Of a stretch of DNA of 64,000 bases, positions 1 through 13,041 are shown piece after piece. Position 1 is the stretch's first letter; each line of letters opens with the position of its first letter. Position numbers and translations under genes: made by a program. The stretch comes from an uncultured Hormoscilla sp. GTDB lineage: Bacteria; Cyanobacteriota; Cyanobacteriia; Cyanobacteriales; Desertifilaceae. Where the stretch lies: positions 544,001 through 608,000 of the forward strand of contig OZ001293.3 in assembly GCA_963921275.4 (NCBI GenBank). The letters run 5' to 3'. Under the pieces are notes generated by a model that saw only the letters and a program-made list of their open reading frames with translations, was not told the DNA's origin and did no database searches.

Positions 1-124
1 TTCCCTGCACTACCATAAATTTTCCCACCCGCATTTCTTCGACTGAGACATCTGCATGCAGTCGCACTTCTAATCCCTCAGACAAAGACCCTTGAATTAC
101 TGATCCTAGTGGCTTGTTTGTCAT
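1..124 (-). CDS. 5' end of HerA/DUF87-like ATP-binding protein (continues off window)
   Basis: Manual translation MTNKPLGSVIQGSLSEGLEVRLHADVSVEEMRVGKFMVVQG resembles the N-terminus of cyanobacterial HerA-like ATPases. Confidence 0.65.
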   Translation of the reverse strand, partial: MTNKPLGSVIQGSLSEGLEVRLHADVSVEEMRVGKFMVVQG

Positions 125-248
125 TTTTTTATTGCTAATTGAGAATTGAGAAAGGCAGATTTATTTATTCATGTCCATAGCGCGACTGCGTTGCGCGATC
201 CCAAATGCGCAATCTTTCATTCACCATTCTCAATTTTTCATTCACCAT

Positions 249-1040
249 TTACTCAATCTCAATTGATGTTGGTGATGAGTTGCTAGATGCTGTGGGTGAT
301 AAGGGTTGGCGATAGTTGGCATAGAAGCGATCGCGCCAATTAAAGAAAGTTTCGTACATGGTATCATCTGCTAAACCGGGTACGCCTTTACCTTTGAGCC
401 TTTCGGGCATATCCAGATATGGTCCATCTGGGAATTTAATATACATACTCAACCCTGCTACTGCGAAATCTGCTAGTGTTGGGGTGTTGTTTACGAGATA
501 GGGATTATCTACTAATAGCAGACTCAGGGCTTCTAGGTTTTGCTTGAGAATGTCTTGGGCTGATTTGACCTCGTCAGGGCCAGCACCAACCCCAAAACCA
601 AGAAAATCCAGCAATTCCCTTGGTATTGCTCCTACTATACCTTTGAGCAAGTCGGGCGTGGCGCTGGGCAATACAGATGTCCGCAGGTCTTGGTTTTGGC
701 TCAGGCCTCCATATAGGGCTTTACGACTTAATATCCCTAGGGATGAGTCGGCCCATTCTTCCATCATCAAACATAGTCCTCGTTCTCTGGCGTCCGTGGG
801 TATTATTGGTTTATCTGGATATTGTCGATCGAGATACATGGCGATCGCCGTTGAGTCGGCCACCACTGTGCCTCCATCCTCGATCACTGGCACCTGCCGC
901 TGACCGGACATTTGGAACACTTCTATCTGCCCTACCCCCGGGGTTACTTCTATTTTCCGGTATTCCAGCCCCTTGTAATCTAGAATCAGCCGCACTTTCT
1001 CGCAGTATTCCGACAGCTCAAATTGGTACAACTCTATCAT
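249..1040 (-). CDS. Glutathione S-transferase family protein
   Basis: N-terminal thioredoxin-like fold (LYQFELSEYCEKVR, QVPV, DSTAIA) and C-terminal PTLADFAV motif. Confidence 0.9.
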   Translation of the reverse strand: MIELYQFELSEYCEKVRLILDYKGLEYRKIEVTPGVGQIEVFQMSGQRQVPVIEDGGTVVADSTAIAMYLDRQYPDKPIIPTDARERGLCLMMEEWADSSLGILSRKALYGGLSQNQDLRTSVLPSATPDLLKGIVGAIPRELLDFLGFGVGAGPDEVKSAQDILKQNLEALSLLLVDNPYLVNNTPTLADFAVAGLSMYIKFPDGPYLDMPERLKGKGVPGLADDTMYETFFNWRDRFYANYRQPLSPTASSNSSPTSIEIE

Positions 1041-1295
1041 TTTTTCTCTCCCGATCGTCCTGACTGGTGTTCTTTACAGTTTTCTGTTGGCCCCGCCCCT
1101 AGCAGAATGCTGACCGACTTATTCGGGCAGGCTTGGGCCATTAGCCGTTCACTCTAACATTTTATCTACATTTCCTTTCCTTAAGTAAATGTTAAATTCA
1201 CTGAAAATTTGCCTGAGTATTCGAGGGGAACTCCAGTAGGCTGCCTCCAGACTGCGATCTGTGGCAGAATCGGAATGGTTGAGGGAAGCAGTCTG

Positions 1296-3100
<1,805 letters not shown>

Positions 3101-3254
3101 TGTTGGTGGGGAGTGATTTCCACACGAGAGTTGCTCCCGCAGCCTTGGAAACAGGAGCTGATGCCGCTCGAATGAGTCGGTCCTTCATAAGAAGTAGCTG
3201 TAACAGCCTTGGTCTTGGGTGGAAGCTACACAAGCGAGACTTGGAGTCAATGGT

Positions 3255-3359
3255 TTATGTGGGTTTCGGGGGCTGGAGGAATGCAATAAAGTCAGCTACT
3301 TCTCGCTGTGCATCCAGGGGTAAGGCGGTAAATTGCTGCCAGATTGTTTCAGGTTCCAT
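3255..3359 (-). pseudogene. DUF2281-like small protein, truncated
   Basis: Manual translation MEPETIWQQFTALPLDAQREVADFIAFLQPPKPT*. Confidence 0.5.
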
Positions 3360-3459
3360 CGTTCTATGCTCGTTGATTATAGACAACTCTCTCTACTTCT
3401 ATGATAATGCTTCTTAGCGATTCTGACAAGGGGCGATCGCATCTTCCAACGCCCGCACC

Positions 3460-3682
3460 TGATCGCCCTTGTCTTGTGGCGTGAGGAGGGGCGTGATGGT
3501 GGGAGCCATCGAAACCGAGTTTCTGCATCAAATCTCGCTCTCGATGCCAAAATTATCACAAAAACCCGGTTTCTGGGTCTTAGGGTTCGGGGGCGTGAGG
3601 GTGGGAGCCATCGAAACCGAGTTTCTGAGTCAAATCTTGGTGGAGATGGAAAAATTATCAAAGAAACCCGGTTTCTGGTCTG
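3460..3682. repeat. ~220-bp REP-like repeat built from AGAAACCGGGTTTCT-type palindromes (copy 1)
   Basis: Direct near-copy at 4043-4266; core palindromes recur near 36673, 38676, 49794, 50861 and 61347. Confidence 0.8.
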
Positions 3683-3739
3683 GTCGCCCTAGTGAGTTGA
3701 TACGGCATAGTTTTGGGGTTGAGACTCTAAGGAGTACCC

Positions 3740-4026
3740 GACCTTATTAGATGTGAATTGTTCTATCCATGAGCGAATATCCGCTTCTGGATGTAGGTAC
3801 TCTAATGGTTCTACTTGCAAGTCTACACCAGCAGCTAGTCCCAGCAATTCCAAACTTCGGAGTCCTCAACATTTGGATCTTCCGCCATTACCCAGGTGGC
3901 TGCCCAGTTAGATACTGCTTCCCGATCGGCTGTACCTTGGAGGATAGCCTGCAACTGATTAACGACCTCAGCGACGGTAGGTGGTGTTTGAATTTCAAAC
4001 ATGGTTGTGTTTTCGTTCATGGACAA
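3740..4026 (-). pseudogene. Small hypothetical protein, apparently frameshifted
   Basis: ORF 3835..4026 (EVVNQLQAILQGTADREAVSNWA) with coding-like continuation in another frame. Confidence 0.4.
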
Positions 4027-4042
4027 TGTTAGTTAAGATACC

Positions 4043-4266
4043 CGATCGCCCTTGTCTGGTGGCGTGAGGGGGGGCGTGATGGTGGGAGCCATCGAAACCG
4101 AGTTTCTACATCAAATCTCGCTCTCGATGCCAAAATTATCACAGAAACCCGGTTTCTTGGTCTTAGGGTTCGGAGGGCGTTCTGGTGGGGGTTGAGAAAC
4201 CGGGTTTCTGAGTCAAATCTCTCGGTGGAAATGCCAAAATTATCAAAGAAACCCGGTTTCTGGTCT
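4043..4266. repeat. ~220-bp REP-like repeat (copy 2)
   Basis: Near-identical to 3460-3682. Confidence 0.8.
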
Positions 4267-4584
4267 GTTACCTCTTGCCATACTCTTGAGAAAATCCCGT
4301 GCCACTCGCAGCACGTCTGAGGAATATTGTCTGCCAATATCTGTCCCGGACTCGATGTGTTGGCGGAGTTCCGCTGCTGTAAATGATTTGCCGTTGGCTG
4401 TTCGCAAAACTACTGTATCGGCGGGCACAACTTCACTCACCAGTCTCGCGAATACTTCCTGACTGATACTCCGCGCCACACTCTCGACTATAGCTGTGGC
4501 TTGGATTGATAATAACTCACTAAGTCCTGTTAAAAATTGCCGCAATGAGGGCGATTGGGCGGCTGCTCTGGTAATATCGGGCAA
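4243..4584 (-). pseudogene. C-terminal fragment of hypothetical protein
   Basis: Protein-like 113-aa ORF with no clear start; its end runs into the REP repeat. Confidence 0.4.
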
Positions 4585-5079
4585 CAGCAGAGTACTTATT
4601 ACTTCCTGCCCCGGGTGTAATTAAAAGTGACACTTAGGCATTATTAACCGGTCCGGGAGTTCTACCTCTGTATGACCGGTGGGATCAGAGTTCCGCCGGT
4701 GATGGCCGCACGGTGGATGGAACAACTCAAATGGTGAATTCTGCCTTGATTGCTCGATTTTTTTACCCTTATGTTATATAATTTTATTTATCAGTTTACT
4801 ATGGAGCTAAAGCCCTATATGTCTGAATTCATGAATTATGATGAAACGGTTGAACGTTCCCAGCTGCGCTTCTGAATTAGCTCTAAGATTGCAGGCTCAT
4901 CCCAATATATCGGCTCGTGTTTTATCTCTGTTATATCTTGTTTAAAATCCGGATAATAATTGTGAAACAGCGAGCGGTACGGAGTTAAAAATTGTCTCGG
5001 AACTCCAAAAACTGGGAAATGATGCTCTTCAAGGCCAAAGAGAAAAAAAGCCTTAGCTTGTGAAAAATCTAATTCGATG

Positions 5080-6020
5080 CAGAGAAAAAAGCAACTATAT
5101 TGGCATAGCCTGTTGGGAACTATCCAAGTGATAGAAAAAACTTTTATTGGCCTCAGTTTTTCGACCGTTTTCATCATCGGCCCAAATGTCGGGGTTATTC
5201 TTTACCATTACCAGGAGCAATTACGAATTTGGGAGTACCAAAAAATTACTGAAAAGCTACAAGAACATTACGGTATAACTGTGCCGTTCGGCACAAGCTA
5301 TCATTCAAAAACATGCGGTTAAAGTATCTCAAAAAACAGCAGAAAAAATTCCCGATAGAGATGGAGTAGAGCAGATAATTGCAGGAAGGGATGGCACGAT
5401 GATTCCAATTGTAAAAACGACGAAGGATGATAATAAAATTATTGCTCGCCGCCCGCTCTTGTTGGAGGATGCGAAGCTCGTCTATCACTTGTGCAAATTC
5501 CTACCCAGAAAAAAACAATTATTGTCGGTACAGTAGGTACCGTAGACGAGGCAGGAAACCAATTACTGCATAGCGCTATTCGGGCTGGGATAGGTGACAA
5601 TACTAAAGTTCATGTGATCGGAGATGGAGCCAGTTGCATTGTTAATCAGGTCATGCGCTTGCGATTGAGAACGTGCTAGTAGCGCTTAATCATTAAAAAC
5701 AGGATAAAGGCGCTTAAGTTTGATTCTAGCAGAGCGCGGTGGTGAACTGCCAGGAGATGGTTATGGGCGTTTCGCGCTCGTATTCCAGGCAGCCAGTTCT
5801 CAAAAACAGGCTTGAATACATGAACGTGCATTGGTGCGATTGATGCTGATTTACCAATTGGCTCTGGAAAAATTGAGAGCGCACATCGTTATGTAATTCA
5901 AAAAGGTTTGCAATTGACAGGTCAGGAGTGGACCGTTGAAAACGCGATCTGATATGTTAGTTTTAAGGATATTAAGAGTTAATAATGATTGGCAATCCTA
6001 TTGGTTAAATTTGAGCCAAT
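5080..6020 (+). mobile_element. Degraded ISKra4/UPF0236-family transposase
   Basis: Fragments LQEHYGITVP, DGTMIPIV, VHVIGDGA and PIGSGKIESAHRYVIQK spread over several frames. Confidence 0.75.
5677..5820. mobile_element. IS-end fragment nested in the ISKra4 remnant
   Basis: CTAGTAG..CTTAATCATTAAAAACAGGATAAAGGCG.TTAAGTTTG is near-identical to 61658-61740. Confidence 0.6.
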
Positions 6021-6129
6021 AAAATTCGTCCCTTACCCAAGCCATAGTTATTGAGACTCTCATCTTCTCGACATCAGTTTTCTGCCATGATAGCGCTCTG
6101 AACATATACTGCACTAGGTCATAATTTGA

Positions 6130-6965
6130 GCTTTGTCAATTATTTGAAAATTCAGAGTTAGCAGAGATTATATCTCTTCTTTGTGGAGACTATGAGCATT
6201 ATGTATCGGATCAGCAATTGCCGATTTAAATGAATCAAAATCTTCATAATACTGGGAAGATAAACATTTCTTTTTTACCCATTTCCACAACCGCTCAATT
6301 AGGCATGATGGTAAATATAATAACCTTGAGTTCTTTAGCTTTTTCCCAAAGCAAATTGCATTTTTGATAGCGAGCATTATCTATTACTAATGAAATTGGC
6401 ATATATTTTTTTTCTGATCTTTTCCAATAGCTCGCAAACCCTTATAGCATTTGGCATCATTTCTTACGGTTATAACTTCCGAAGTAATCGCATTTAATGC
6501 CCCTAAAACATTAAATCTTTTTCTCCCTGATGATGTTTTAATAAATATTCTCTTAAAACATCATAAAAATCCTAGAAATGCGCCCATAATGGGCGGCATC
6601 AACAAAAAAAACGACTCTTTTTCCTTCGGAAGCCTCTAACAGTCTGGGTTCTAGAGTTTTTTCTTTATATTCTTGTTGTATGTCTGGGTCGGCTTTTCCT
6701 GATATCTGTCCTACCTTTCCCATTCCCATCTTTAACATAAAATTCCTGACCTGGCTACGTTTAATCCCAGTTAATTCTTTTTGGCTTCTTTTAAACTTGC
6801 TGGTGGCTGTTTTTCAAATTATTCTCTAATCAAATTTTCAAAATTATTCGCTTTGAATTTTATGTGAATTTAACTGAGATATCCTATCGAAACCACATGC
6901 CAAATATTCTTTAAAATAATCCCGCATTGTATTTTGACATACCCCAGCAAGCCGGGCTATTTCTT
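6130..6965 (-). mobile_element. Degraded IS630-family transposase
   Basis: EIARLAGVCQNT (HTH), VFFVDAAH, SGRKRFNVLGALNA and IERLWKWVKKKCL in broken frames. Confidence 0.85.
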
Positions 6966-7530
6966 TGCACCAGAAACCCATTTGAGCCACCCCAGGTTCC
7001 AGGGGACTGACAAGTTCGCTATGGCCATTAGCGCCCCCCTCTGGCGCTACCGCGATCGGGAACTGACCTGAGGCCATCAGGTTGCGGGCCGATCGCAAAC
7101 CCTGTCTATCTAACTTGCCCCGCTGCATAAAACTGCCCCCCAACCGGGGAAATATGCAACTAGTAAAGTCCCCCGCCCAGATAGGAATGCCCCGATCGTA
7201 GATAAAGTAGCTGTGAACGGGGTATTTTAATGTAAATCCCTGACCCTTTGCCGCCTGGGGCACCGCCTGCCACAGCAGATGGCCCATACAAAAAGCGTCA
7301 TTAGGACTATTGGGATGGCGAAAAGCGATCAGAAAGCGAGTTTGTCCCAGATCGAACTGACGATAGAGGTCTGCTAGCACTTCCACATTATCCGTCTTGA
7401 TCGAGGCGATCGCCATCTTATACTTCAGCCACCAGGGGAGCAACCATTGGGTCCCTCTCAGGACTGTAGGATTAAAAGCTGGCGGAATAAACTCTAAAGC
7501 TGGCTGAACTTTATTTCTTACTGAAGACAT
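6966..7530 (-). pseudogene. Phospholipid/glycerol acyltransferase paralog, truncated by IS630
   Basis: Highly similar to the first ~190 aa of 7684..8664; homology stops at QMGFWC where transposase sequence begins. Confidence 0.85.
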
Positions 7531-7561
7531 AGTGCTGCATCTCAAAGTTTGGTTGATTCAT

Positions 7562-7665
7562 TATAGCGTTTTTTAAGCTGATGAGGTACAGGTAAATTGG
7601 CTATCAATGGCAATGTCAATATGTCCAAGTGCAGGATGTACCTCACGAGGGGAAAAACCGCTATA
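7562..7665. mobile_element. MITE with TATAGCG..GAGGTACA / TGTACCTC..CGCTATA ends
   Basis: Imperfect terminal inverted repeats; related ends at 27685-27777, 51270-51302 and 62070-62165. Confidence 0.6.
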
Positions 7666-7683
7666 GTTACGATCTTAAATTAT

Positions 7684-8664
7684 TCAACTTTCTAGAGCCG
7701 TTTGCAAATCTTGAGTCAGCTGCTCGACAGCTTGACGGCGATCAAAATACTCCTCACAAACGCGGAGGGCGGTATCTAGCAGCGCCTGCAACCTGGCTGC
7801 CATTTTAGCGTTGGGGTCTTCTAGAGATGGAGTAGGAGTAGGCTGTTGATGATAGAACTGATTGTAAAACTTTTCCATCAAAGATAGCAATTCTTCTCCC
7901 GCCCGGAACAGCCTCAGATAAAGCGAGCTAGAGGATGCTTCGGAATGGTAGATCGCCTGCTGAGGTAAACCTAAATCTGCTTCTACTTCGCTCAAGAGTT
8001 TCTCTAACTCCGGCCAAGGGGGAGTAAGGTAACTGTATTGAATGCTTACAGGCACGATCGCCACCTGCTGGGCGCGTCCAGCGGCCTGCAAATCTTCCAC
8101 GCACCAGAAAGCAATTTGAGCCACACCAGGTTCCAGAGGACTGACAATTTCGCTATGATCGTTAGTGCCCCCCTCTGGCGCTATGGCGATCGGAAACTGA
8201 CCTGACGCCATCAGGTTGCGGGCCGATCGCAAACCCAGTCTATCTAACTTGCCCCGCTGCATCGAACTGCCTCCCAACCGGGAAAATATCCAGCTAGCAA
8301 AGTCACCCGCCCAGATCGGAATGCCACGATCGTAGATAAAGTGACTGTGAACGGGGTATTTTAATTTAAATCCCCGACCCTTGGCCGCCTGGGGCACTGC
8401 CTGCCACAGCAGATGGGCCATACAAAAAGCGTCATTAGGACTATTGGGATGGCGAAAAGCGATCAGAAAGCGAGTTTGTCCCAGATCGAACTGACGATAG
8501 AGGTCTGCTAGCACCTCCACATTATCCGTCTCGATTGACGCGATCGCCATCTTATACTTCAGCCACCAGGGGAGCAACCATTGGATCCCTCTCAGGACTG
8601 TAGGATTGAAAGCTGGGCCAATAAACTCTAAAGCTGGCTGAACTTGATTTCTTACCGAAGACAT
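7684..8664 (-). CDS. 1-acyl-sn-glycerol-3-phosphate acyltransferase family protein (possible internal C-terminal deletion)
   Basis: AFRHP, YDRGIP and APEGGT motifs; abrupt EEYF|DRRQAVEQLT junction. Confidence 0.75.
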   Translation of the reverse strand: MSSVRNQVQPALEFIGPAFNPTVLRGIQWLLPWWLKYKMAIASIETDNVEVLADLYRQFDLGQTRFLIAFRHPNSPNDAFCMAHLLWQAVPQAAKGRGFKLKYPVHSHFIYDRGIPIWAGDFASWIFSRLGGSSMQRGKLDRLGLRSARNLMASGQFPIAIAPEGGTNDHSEIVSPLEPGVAQIAFWCVEDLQAAGRAQQVAIVPVSIQYSYLTPPWPELEKLLSEVEADLGLPQQAIYHSEASSSSLYLRLFRAGEELLSLMEKFYNQFYHQQPTPTPSLEDPNAKMAARLQALLDTALRVCEEYFDRRQAVEQLTQDLQTALES

Positions 8665-8697
8665 AGTGATAGTTAGCGATTGTTAATTGTTTATTAT

Positions 8698-9648
8698 TCA
8701 TAATTTACTATCTAATTCCGATCGGCGCGTCCGCCGCTGGATATCTTCTAAAATCCTCCGATTTGTTGCTATCAAATCGGCAACTAAACCAAACATCCAC
8801 AACTGGAAGCCAATCAAAATCAATATTGCTGCTAAAATTAAAGTTGGAACCCTGGGTTTTTCATAATTGGCAAAAAAGAATAACAGCCAGCGAATTCCTA
8901 ACAGCACTCCCGCCGTAAAAGGTATAGTGCCCAGAAAAGTGAAAAAGCGCAGCGGTTTATACAGCATGAAAATTCTCAGGATAGTCAAAATTGACCGCTG
9001 TACGTAACTCGGAATATTCTTTACCAAACGCGAAGGACGCAAATAGCCATTTGTTCTCACGGGTACAGAAGTAATTGCCATGCCCTTTTGTCCCACCTGG
9101 ATAATCATTTCCAGGGTGTAAGTGTACCGATTGAATACATTTAACTGCATGGCTGCTTCCCGACCGATCGCGCGAAACCCGCTGGGGGCGTCTGGAATAT
9201 CTGTATTACTGGCTACCCGGACTACCCAACTACCTAGTTTTTGCAGCAGTTTCTTGAGCGGAGAAAAATCTTTAATCTCGTTAATCGGTCTCGTACCCAC
9301 GACAATTTCTGCCTAACCATATAGAATAGGTGAAATTAGGTTTGGGATATCTGAAGCACAGTATTGATTATCCGCATCAGTGTTGACGATAATATCTGCA
9401 CCAGCTTTCAAACTCGCTTCTATTCCTGCCATGAAAGCTTTCACTAGTCCTTGATTGCGGGCAAAGTTGACTATATGATCGACTCCACATTCTTTGGCAA
9501 CTTCCACAGTTCTGTCAGTGCTGCCATCGTTGATAATCAGCCATTCAATTTTGTCAATCCCAGGTAGCTGGCGGGGCAGTTCTCCCAGAGTTACCGCTAA
9601 AGTCGCTTCTTCATTGTAGCAGGGAATTTGAATAATTAGTTTGGTCAT
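8698..9648 (-). pseudogene. Glycosyltransferase family 2 split by a nonsense codon
   Basis: IIQIPCYNE, DGSTD and TDAD in 9313..9648; same frame continues after TAG (9313-9315) with DAPSGFRA. Confidence 0.85.
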
Positions 9649-9681
9649 GGTTCATTGTAGATTATTCATTGTTATGGAAAT

Positions 9682-9737
9682 TCTCAACTCTCAATTCTCA
9701 ATTCTCAATTCTCAATTCTCCATTCTCCATTCTCAAT
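9682..9737. repeat. Heptamer tandem repeat (AATTCTC)n, STRR-like
   Basis: Directly visible; similar heptamer arrays at 14856-14927, 28810-28835, 29470-29500, 29643-29690 and 51443-51484. Confidence 0.85.
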
Positions 9738-10590
9738 TGGCCATTAGCAATTGAAATTGCCGATCGTCAATTCGTTCGGCTCCTTGCAGAGTTTCAGCAA
9801 TTTCCGATAAAGTCAAAACCGCGTGACCGAGATAGCCATGGGCTTGCAGTTTATCCTTGACTCCCCCTCCTTGGTCAATAAACACGACAATATCTTTAAC
9901 TTCTAATCCCACAGACTGGAGTTTTTCCGCGCCTTGCATGACACTATTACCAGTAATCAGAATATCATCGACCACCACAACCTTTTCTCCCGGTTCGTAA
10001 TGTCCCTCAATCAGCCTTTGAGTGCCGTGCGCTTTGACCTCTTTGCGAGGGAAAATCATCGGACGTTCCATCCGCAGGGCCAAACCAGTGGCGGTGGGCA
10101 AAGATCCATAGGGGATTCCAGCAATGCGATCGAACTCCAGCCCTTGAAGAATTTCAGCGTAGGCTCCGACGATTTGGTAGAATACCTGGGGTACAGAGAT
10201 CATTTTGCGCAGGTCGATGTAATACGGTAAGATCGCTCCAGATGCCTGAACGTGCTCGCCAAAAATAATGCAACCGATGTCATAGAGTTGCAAAATCAAA
10301 TCTAGATGGGGTTGGGGGTGCAACACACAGACATTGGGCACCCACAACTCGCAGGTAGGATTTCCTTGCACGACCAACTGACGTTCCTGATTAATCGATT
10401 CTCCCAGGGAGGCGATCGCCTCACGGGGAAATTCGGACCGCAAAAAGTCCGGCGGTACTGGTAGCAGCAATCCTTCGCCATAGCTATTCAAGCCAGCATT
10501 AAGCATTTGGGATAATTGCTGATATTCTCCCAACACCATAATTAAGCGTTCCGGTGCCGCCGATCGCACGCTCACCAGCAACCTGAGCAA
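9733..10590 (-). pseudogene. Bifunctional PyrF/PyrE-type protein, 5'-truncated (PRTase domain intact)
   Basis: YYIDLR, RKEVKAHG and VVVVDDILITG; only the tail of the decarboxylase-like part (LNSYGEGLLLPVP) is present; no proper start. Confidence 0.7.
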
Positions 10591-10647
10591 GTTCCGATTA
10601 AAATAACCTGGTGTAGCTATCTATCGCGTATATTCTTCCATTCCAAT

Positions 10648-11409
10648 ATGGCCGGACACAGTAAATGGGCAAATATCAAGCGTCAAAAGGAACGAGTAGA
10701 TGCCCGTAAAGGCAAAACCTTTACCAAAATATCCCGCGAGATTATCGTAGCAGCTCGCAGTGGCATTCCCGATCCGGCGGGTAATTTTCAATTGCGGACG
10801 GCAATTGAGAAGGCCAAGGCCACAGGGATACCCAATGAAAATATTGAACGGGCGATCGCCAAGGGTGCTGGCACCTGGGGGACAGAAGGTGAAAGTTTCG
10901 AGGCGATCCGTTATGAAGGTTACGGTCCTGGGGGTGTGGCCATTCTGATTGAAGCCCTCACGGATAATCGTAACCGCACCGCCGCTGACCTGAGAGCCGC
11001 CTTTACCAAAAATGGTGGTAACTTAGGTGAAACTGGCTGTGTCAGCTGGATGTTTGAGCAAAAAGGTGTAGTTGTCATTACTGGCGCGATCTCCGAAGAA
11101 AAGTTACTCGAAGCCTCCCTAGAGGGTGGTGCCCAGACCTATGATTTGAATCAAGCAGAATATGATACATTAATCGCAGAGGTATTCACAGAATTGGAAA
11201 ATCTGCAAAACCTCAGCCTCAAGCTACAGGACTATGACTTTGCAGTCAGTGAAGTAGAACTGCGTTGGATTCCCAGTAATACAATAGAAGTTATTGACCC
11301 AGAACAGGCGCGATCGCTGCTGAAATTAATCAATGCCCTAGAAGATTTAGACGATGTACAAAATGTTACTTCTAACTTTGACATGGCAAAGGAACTCATG
11401 TCTCTGTAG
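10648..11409 (+). CDS. yebC: YebC/PmpR family protein
   Basis: MAGHSKWANIK, YEGYGPGG and TDNRNRT motifs. Confidence 0.95.
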   Translation: MAGHSKWANIKRQKERVDARKGKTFTKISREIIVAARSGIPDPAGNFQLRTAIEKAKATGIPNENIERAIAKGAGTWGTEGESFEAIRYEGYGPGGVAILIEALTDNRNRTAADLRAAFTKNGGNLGETGCVSWMFEQKGVVVITGAISEEKLLEASLEGGAQTYDLNQAEYDTLIAEVFTELENLQNLSLKLQDYDFAVSEVELRWIPSNTIEVIDPEQARSLLKLINALEDLDDVQNVTSNFDMAKELMSL

Positions 11410-11595
11410 GGGCGAATCGTTACAGAGCCCTCGATTGCGCTGCGCGCACACGCTTCGCTACGCGATCGAGAACAGTGGTTCGGGTCATAATAAAGACAGG
11501 TACATATTCCTATGGTTGTCAAAAAAACGAAGCTGCGTGAATGAGTATGGCGGTAGCACAGCTAGAGCAAACTAGATCGAGATCGCAAAAAACAT

Positions 11596-12804
11596 ATGGG
11601 GGACTACGATATCGCAATAGTCGGGGCAGGGATAGTCGGTGCAACGCTGGCTTGTGCGCTGAAAGATTCTGGGCTGAAGATAGTATTGATCGATCTTAAA
11701 CCCCAGGAAGTGGCCGCATCCAAGCAGCAAGCCTATGCCATTACCCTGCTGTCAGGGCGCATTTTATCTGGTTTGGGGCAATGGCGGGAAATCTTACCCC
11801 ATGTCACGACATTTCGCCAAATTAGTCTGTCTGATACTAACCAGAGTTTTGTCCAGTTCCGACCAGCTGATTTAGGCACGGATGCCCTCGGTTATGTGGC
11901 GTCTCATGGGGTGCTGCTGAAAACCTTACAGCAATCCCTCAATCAATCTGATAATATTAGTTGGTTATGTCCGGCGGAAGTATTAGAGGTGGACTCTCAA
12001 GCAGATGCTGTCAAGATCGCAGTCAACAAAGCCGGAGAAAGGCTGTGGCTGCAAACGAGATTGCTGGTGGCCGCCGATGGATCCCGATCGCCCATTCGCG
12101 CCCAGGCCGGTATAGGCACCCACGGCTGGAAATACTGGCAATCCTGTGTAGCAACGACAATTAAACCAGAAAAATGTCACAATAATATCGCTTACGAACG
12201 CTTTTGGCCTACCGGACCCATGGGAGTTCTGCCCCTGCCAGGAAACCGCTGTCAAGTGGTCTGGACAGCCCCCCATGCGGAAGCAAAAGCCTTACAAGAA
12301 CTTGATGAAGCCGAATTTCTGGCATTGCTGGAACAGCGCACAGCCAGTCAGTTGGGGCGTTTAGAAATAGCCGGTCCTCGCGCGCTCTATCCAGTACGGT
12401 TGATGCAGAGCGATCGCTACGTCCAACCCCGCTTGGCCCTGATCGGCGATGCGGCCCATTGCTGTCATCCCGTAGGGGGACAAGGACTGAATATGGGGAT
12501 TAGAGATGCTGCGGCCCTGGCTGAACTGCTGGTCCGGGCCCACCAAAAAGGAGAAGATATCGGGGACATCCGCATCCTGCAACCCTACGAAAACTGGCGC
12601 CAGCGGGAAAACCTGGTCATTTTAGGTTTCACCGACTTCCTCGATCGGATCTTTTCCAACAACTGGATGCCAGTAGTAGCCCTGCGTCGCCTGGGTTTAT
12701 GGATGCTACGCTCTTTTAGACCCTTCAGGTATTTGGCCCTGCGCCTCATGACTGGTTTGGGCGGGCGCACTCCCCAACTGGCGATACTGCTGCGCAGTCG
12801 CTAA
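11596..12804 (+). CDS. FAD-dependent hydroxylase, UbiH/COQ6 family
   Basis: GAGIVG, LLVAADG and GDAAHCCHPVGGQGLNMG; the C-terminus is altered by an SDR-like insert at ~12786. Confidence 0.9.
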   Translation: MGDYDIAIVGAGIVGATLACALKDSGLKIVLIDLKPQEVAASKQQAYAITLLSGRILSGLGQWREILPHVTTFRQISLSDTNQSFVQFRPADLGTDALGYVASHGVLLKTLQQSLNQSDNISWLCPAEVLEVDSQADAVKIAVNKAGERLWLQTRLLVAADGSRSPIRAQAGIGTHGWKYWQSCVATTIKPEKCHNNIAYERFWPTGPMGVLPLPGNRCQVVWTAPHAEAKALQELDEAEFLALLEQRTASQLGRLEIAGPRALYPVRLMQSDRYVQPRLALIGDAAHCCHPVGGQGLNMGIRDAAALAELLVRAHQKGEDIGDIRILQPYENWRQRENLVILGFTDFLDRIFSNNWMPVVALRRLGLWMLRSFRPFRYLALRLMTGLGGRTPQLAILLRSR

Positions 12805-13041
12805 CGCGATTGCACGGACTCCTGTCTGACCCGGCGCTGTAGAATGGCAACAGTTAACAGACTACCGGAGTCTGGGCACATACGAAGCGTCTATATAAAA
12901 GGATCGTCTGAAACCCTCATCCAGTAAGGGATATAGCAGTTTTATCCTCTGGGAACAAAACACCTGTAAAGGTTTCAGCAGTTTTCTTGAATCTTACGCT
13001 TCGTATGTGCCGGAGTCTGCCGATAGTACCTTAATTGTTTT

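Noticed and set aside
544..1063. Antisense ORFs overlapping GST and similar shadow ORFs across the window
   Set aside because: They lie opposite or out of frame to well-supported genes and show no recognisable motifs
3377..4337. ORFs 3377..3661, 3469..3750, 3474..3692 and 4029..4337
   Set aside because: Translations of REP-like palindromic repeats
9313..9315. Stop-codon readthrough or recoding explaining the in-frame stops
   Set aside because: Stops are both TAG and TAA, intact genes use the same codons as terminators, and frameshifts co-occur
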